Assembly: GCF_006345805.1 (NCBI RefSeq)
Contig: NC_042997.1
Span: 5,766,001-5,830,000 of the forward strand
Length of the DNA stretch: 64,000 nucleotides
Reading direction: 5' to 3'
Source: Octopus sinensis
Lineage: Eukaryota
In this document: one piece after another, positions 59,181 through 64,000 of the stretch
Layout of the letters: the number at the start of each line of letters is the position of its first letter
Numbering within the stretch: position 1 is the first letter of the stretch
Program-made: the position numbers and the translations under genes
Notes under the pieces: generated by a model
Seen by the model: the letters and a program-made list of their open reading frames with translations, nothing else
Told to the model about the DNA's origin: nothing
The model's database searches: none

Positions 59181-59561
59181 AGCTCTCGGGACAGATAATT
59201 ACACGAGGCATCTCCAATCTTGCCAAGTCAATATCTGACCTAAAATTTTCAAATCGTCGCACTCGCGCCAAATTTATCGGCAGCAAATAAATATCAGCCG
59301 TCGATTCCATTACGGAATTAACCAAAAAATTCATAATTAATCAATATAGGGTGGCAAGGAAAATTTTGTAGAATTTTATTGCCACCAGCGGCCCAGCGGG
59401 AAAAAAATTAAATAGTCATAGACCATTTTTAAGTTCAACATTAACAATTAAGGAACGGCCATAATAGGCATTCACCCACTAGAACTAACAGCCAAAGCTT
59501 CTACCGCAAATAAAGATCAATTCCGTAAACAGGAGAAAATTAAAAAAACATTTACCCTGTA

Positions 59562-59668
59562 ATTTCTTGTACGGTATACCGTTTCATCCGTTGTTTAATG
59601 GTAAACCAACCTAATTAAATTAAATCAAGCCAATCTTCCATAAGCCCTCGGATTCATCAGCAAGAAAT
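59562..59668 (-). ncRNA. Type I hammerhead ribozyme (- strand copy)
   Basis: Reverse complement of the same motif with intact core and stems. Confidence 0.85.
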
Positions 59669-60016
59669 AGCTCTCGGGACAGATAATTACACGAGGCATC
59701 TCCAATCTTGCCAGTCAATATCTGACCTAAAATTTTCAAATCGTCGCACTCGCGCCAAATTTATCGGCAGCAAATAAATATCAGCCGTCGATTCCATTAC
59801 GGAATTAACCAAAAAATTCATAATTAATCAATATTTTCCTTGCCACCCTATATTGATTAATTATGAATTTTTTGGTTAATTCCGTAATGGAATCGACGGC
59901 TGATATTTATTTGCTGCCGATAAATTTGGCGCGAGTGCGACGATTTGAAAATTTTAGGTCAGATATTGACTTGGCAAGATTGGAGATGCCTCGTGTAATT
60001 ATCTGTCCCGAGAGCT

Positions 60017-60123
60017 ATTTCTTGCTGATGAATCCGAGGGCTTATGGAAGATTGGCTTGATTTAATTTAATTAGGTTGGTTTACCATTAAACAACGGATG
60101 AAACGGTATACCGTACAAGAAAT
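60017..60123 (+). ncRNA. Type I hammerhead ribozyme (copy 1, + strand)
   Basis: Stem I ATTTCTTG (60017-24)/CAAGAAAT (60116-23); core CTGATGA 60025-31; stem II ATCCG/CGGAT with a 58-nt loop; GAAA 60100-03; stem III ACGG-TATA-CCGT; cleavage triplet GUA, cut after 60115. Confidence 0.88.
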
Positions 60124-60505
60124 TACAGGGTAAATGTTTTTTTAATTTTCTCCTGTTTACGGAATTGATCTTTATTTGCGGTAGAAGCTTTGGCTGTTAT
60201 TTCTAGTGGGTGAATGGCCTATTATGGCCGTTCCTTAATTGTTAATGTTGAACTTAAAAATGGTCTATGACTATTTAATTTTTTTCCCGCTGGGCCGCTG
60301 GTGGCAATAAAATTCTACAAAATTTTCCTTGCCACCCTATATTGATTAATTATGAATTTTTTGGTTAATTCCGTAATGGAATCGACGGCTGATATTTATT
60401 TGCTGCCGATAAATTTGGCGCGAGTGCGACGATTTGAAAATTTTAGGTCAGATATTGACTTGGCAAGATTGGAGATGCCTCGTGTAATTATCTGTCCCGA
60501 GAGCT

Positions 60506-60612
60506 ATTTCTTGCTGATGAATCCGAGGGCTTATGGAAGAGTGGCTTGATTTAATTTAATTAGGTTGGTTTACCATTAAACAACGGATGAAACGGTATAC
60601 CGTACAAGAAAT
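60506..60612 (+). ncRNA. Type I hammerhead ribozyme (copy 2, + strand)
   Basis: Same core and stems 489 nt downstream; predicted cut after 60604. Confidence 0.88.
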
Positions 60613-60839
60613 TACAGGGTAAATGTTTTTTTAATTTTCTCCTGTTTACGGAATTGATCTTTATTTGCGGTAGAAGCTTTGGCTGTTATTTCTAGTGGGT
60701 GAATGGTCTATTATGGCCGTTCCTTAATTGTTAATGTTGAACTTAAAAATGGTCTATGACTATTTAATTTTTTTCCCGCTGGGCCGTTGGTGGCAATAAA
60801 ATTCTACAAAATTTTCCTTGCCACCCTATATTGATTAAT

Positions 60840-60901
<62 letters not shown>

Positions 60902-61699
60902 CTTATTGACATAATTGTATGCAGCCTTTCGAGACGGTGAAATATCTTTTCGTCTATAGTTGAGTTTTAAAGTCGATATGAGATTAATTAAGTATCCTTG
61001 AAGAAAATAGTCACAATCCAAAATAATCATAATAAAGCTAAATTATAATAATTGGTGTTCCTAGAGGATTATAATCAATAATATCCACTGCGCTTTCAAG
61101 TATAATACTTGTGTTGTATCTCTAGATTTTTACATTGTTACTATGCTATTTGTAAAATCTGACTTTGATGGTTAAGAGATCATCAGAAACGTGATCTGTA
61201 GACTAATTATTATTTCGTTTCAGTTTTGCTATCACAGTCTACACTAGCATACTTAATCCGCTTTGGCTACAGACAGCTAGATCTAGTCTATATCTGGTGA
61301 CAGTTTCAGCAGGCATAATTAACATAAATAAATTCACCAGCAAAGAAGTGAATTTACTTGGAAGTCTACCGAAAGCAAGCACTGAGATTGTTGCAGTATC
61401 GTATTTTGCAATATGTGTCTTGGGTACAGATGTTTTTGCAGCATTATTTCAGAATTATTAATTCCTGCATCTGAAAGCTTTGAGTACCAATGGTAAGAGG
61501 TTTCGATTTTAGGCAGGAGAGAATTGTAGTATGCCAGTGAATACTGCACATGGTATACAACACTATTTTGTAAACGTGCAGCATGTTCATTTCAATAAAC
61601 AGTTGTCTCCAGGAGGTTTCGTTTAAAAGAGAACATTCTTTTTATTTTGTTGGGTGAGTTTCCATCACAATGGAGAGGGATAGATACGAATATAGGTAG

Positions 61700-62125
61700 A
61701 TAGATAGATATGTTTCTTTATTAACCTCACAGGGCTGAATACAGAGGAGACAAATTACAAAGTAGAGCTTTTCTTTTTGGGGAGGAGAAAAAAAAGGGTA
61801 TGTTTTCGATCAAAAGGGATCGCACCCCACCCCACAAAGAAAAACGATCAATACGGATCGTGTATCACAGAGAGACTTAGATAGATAGGCTGATAGAGAG
61901 CTAGATAGAGAGATAGATAGATACGCTATTAGATAGATAGATATTTAGATACATAGATCGATCGAGAGATATGTTTCTTTATTGGGCACACAGAGCTGAT
62001 CACAGAGGGGACAAAATTCAAAGTAGAGTTTTTCTTTTAGTGTAGGAAATAAACAAATGGTTGGGTACAATTTTGATCAAAAGGGATCGTGAAAAAAAGG
62101 GTTGGGAAAGGAAGTCGATCAATAG
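61700..62125 (-). mobile_element. Two 3'-end fragments of a LINE-like element with (CTAT)n tails
   Basis: gatatgtttctttatt..cacag.gctga..acagagg.gacaaa..caaagtagag..gatcaaaagggatcg occurs twice (~61707 and ~61968), each next to (GATA)n. Confidence 0.55.
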
Positions 62126-62474
62126 TTAGACGGATAGACGGATAGATAGATGGATAGTCAGACAGAACGACAGATAGGTAGAGGAAGAGAGAGACTAAGA
62201 AGAGGTATACCCTTCCTATTCACCATTTATTTATTCATTTATTTATTTAGTCCTACGCTGGAATGGGTTTAAGGATGGTGACCCCTTAAAAAAGACCCCA
62301 AAAAAGACAAGTGCAGTTTGGGCATCACTGAAAGTCATTATGCTTTCTTTCTCTCTTCCCAATTTTTCCTTTCTTTCTTTCTTTCTTTTTCTCCATGTTT
62401 GTCCATGTGTGTGTGTGTGTATACCTATGTGCATGTGCTCGTCTAATACATACGCCGATGTGCATAAATGCACG

Positions 62475-62616
<142 letters not shown>

Positions 62617-63839
62617 ATATACACACATATATATTTGTGTGTGTACTCTCTTTTTTAGCCTACCTCTCTATCAAAATTACTATATTAGAAATTGGCTAAT
62701 TTATGCTCAATCATTTTTAATCTTTATATTTGTTTTTAGATTTTAGCTTTCTTAGTTTGTAATTTTAAGTTAAAGATTTAAGTTTTAATTTCCAATTTTC
62801 GGTTTAATTCTTAATCCTTTATCTTATATAATTTAATTGCTATGAAGCTTGAAATACAATTTTAAGCATCTGCTTTAAACTATTATCCTTATAACCATAC
62901 CTAGATTCGCCTTCTACCCTTACTCTACTGAAACTTTAACGTTTGACCTATAATCCCCAAACAATATTGACATATCATTACCTTTATTTTTGTTTATTTA
63001 ATTATTATCTTATTGTTTACCCAGCTACATTTTGATCATTACTTTCATTTATATCTTTATTATTTCTATTTTTATTTTATCCACATTTTCCCTTTTTATC
63101 TGTCTGCTTTTCTAATCCGTTCTCGTATCTATTTCATTATTTCTCCTATCTCTATCTCGCATACGCCCACTCACAAAACCCATTCATGTCCATCGTAGTT
63201 TCCAGCTCTGTAGGGTGACCCAAAAGTTGTTTAACAATTATTCAACAATCTCTTTCGCATTCATGTATTAATTGTTTAGCTTTGAATTATAAAAAAAAAT
63301 ATGAAACCATTATCTGATGCTAATTTAGGTAGGTGTACGATAAGAATTTAAATGTAATGAAATGGTTTAAAATAAATATAAAGTGCCTACGTGATAACTG
63401 TAAACCCCCTTTTTGGGCCACACTGTGCATGCACATTTCCAATATGAATGCATCATTCATAACATTGACAAAATATTGCCTGGATGTACCTAGGACTTTA
63501 ACTAAGACCTGCACCTTCATTTTTCTCTTTCCTATATTCTTGAATCTACTTTTATTCCTTATTCTTCCATTTTACTATTTTACTCTTCTTTTTATTCCTT
63601 ATAAACTGTAACTTTTATGCCTTCTAAACTGCAAATTTCCCCCGTCTAAAATGGTAATAGATTTTCTGTGATGACGGAATACCCAGTGCACGGACACACT
63701 ACCAAACCTCTTGGGTTATCCCAGAAAAGCTGTAAAATTTCATATTCACTTTATTCTAATTAAATTATTCAAATGACTTGAGATTCACGTTCTTCCTTAG
63801 TTTTGATTTTTCCTCGTGATCTCTTGAGCACCACCAGCA

Positions 63840-64000
63840 AAAATATTTTTTCCTCTGTCTTCCCTTCTTGGGATCTTTACTTCTCCTTGTTTCCGACGAA
63901 GTTCTCCGCTCGAAACGTTAAACCCTCCTTCCCTTCTTTCCTGAGGGTCAATAATACTTTAATTGTTCCACGTCCTCGCGTTGCTGTGTTATTTTCTCTT
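63840..64000 (+). mobile_element. Short Penelope-associated repeat with minimal hammerhead-like motif
   Basis: GTTT-CCGACGA-AG..CTC-GAAAC-GTT-AAAC (63889-63923); the same family appears inverted and truncated at 18857-18957. Confidence 0.55.

Larger units (their letters stand above)
58952..60841. mobile_element. Hammerhead-carrying ~489-bp tandem unit in fold-back (inverted dimer + direct dimer) arrangement; retrozyme-like / non-autonomous Penelope-type insertion in (TA)n
   Basis: Right arm 59833-60841 has period 489 (CTGATGA at 60025 and 60514). Left arm 58952-59834 is its reverse complement (~1.8 units). The centre is a 15-nt loop (tttccttgccaccct). (TA)n lies on both sides, and the copies are nearly identical. 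Confidence 0.85.

Noticed and set aside
59863-60549. Duplicated 65-aa ORF in the 489-bp unit
   Set aside because: No recognisable domain; it overlaps the ribozyme and is frameshifted in the inverted copies. It recurs only because the unit is repeated.

Overview
AT-rich eukaryotic non-coding DNA, dense in microsatellites ((TA)n, (CA)n, (AAT)n, (AAG)n). The SINE families suggest an Octopus genome (inference). No intact protein-coding gene is visible, and most ORF-track entries are microsatellite read-through. The window holds many tRNA-derived SINEs (several with target-site duplications) and decayed transposons: a Penelope-like element (RT + GIY-YIG region), an internally deleted R4/Dong-type LINE, RTE LINEs, hAT relics and a MITE. 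There are also scattered minus-strand candidate pseudo-exons of an EGF/TM receptor. The main signal is at 58952-60841: a young ~489-bp unit carrying a complete type I hammerhead ribozyme fold. It is arranged as ~1.8 inverted + ~2.06 direct copies (a ~1.9-kb fold-back palindrome) inside a (TA)n tract, resembling a retrozyme or non-autonomous Penelope derivative. About ten further, mostly degenerate, hammerhead-like motifs from other repeat families occur in the window, often beside (TA)n and sometimes with the same fold-back geometry. All protein and RNA-structure calls were made by eye; no searches were run.
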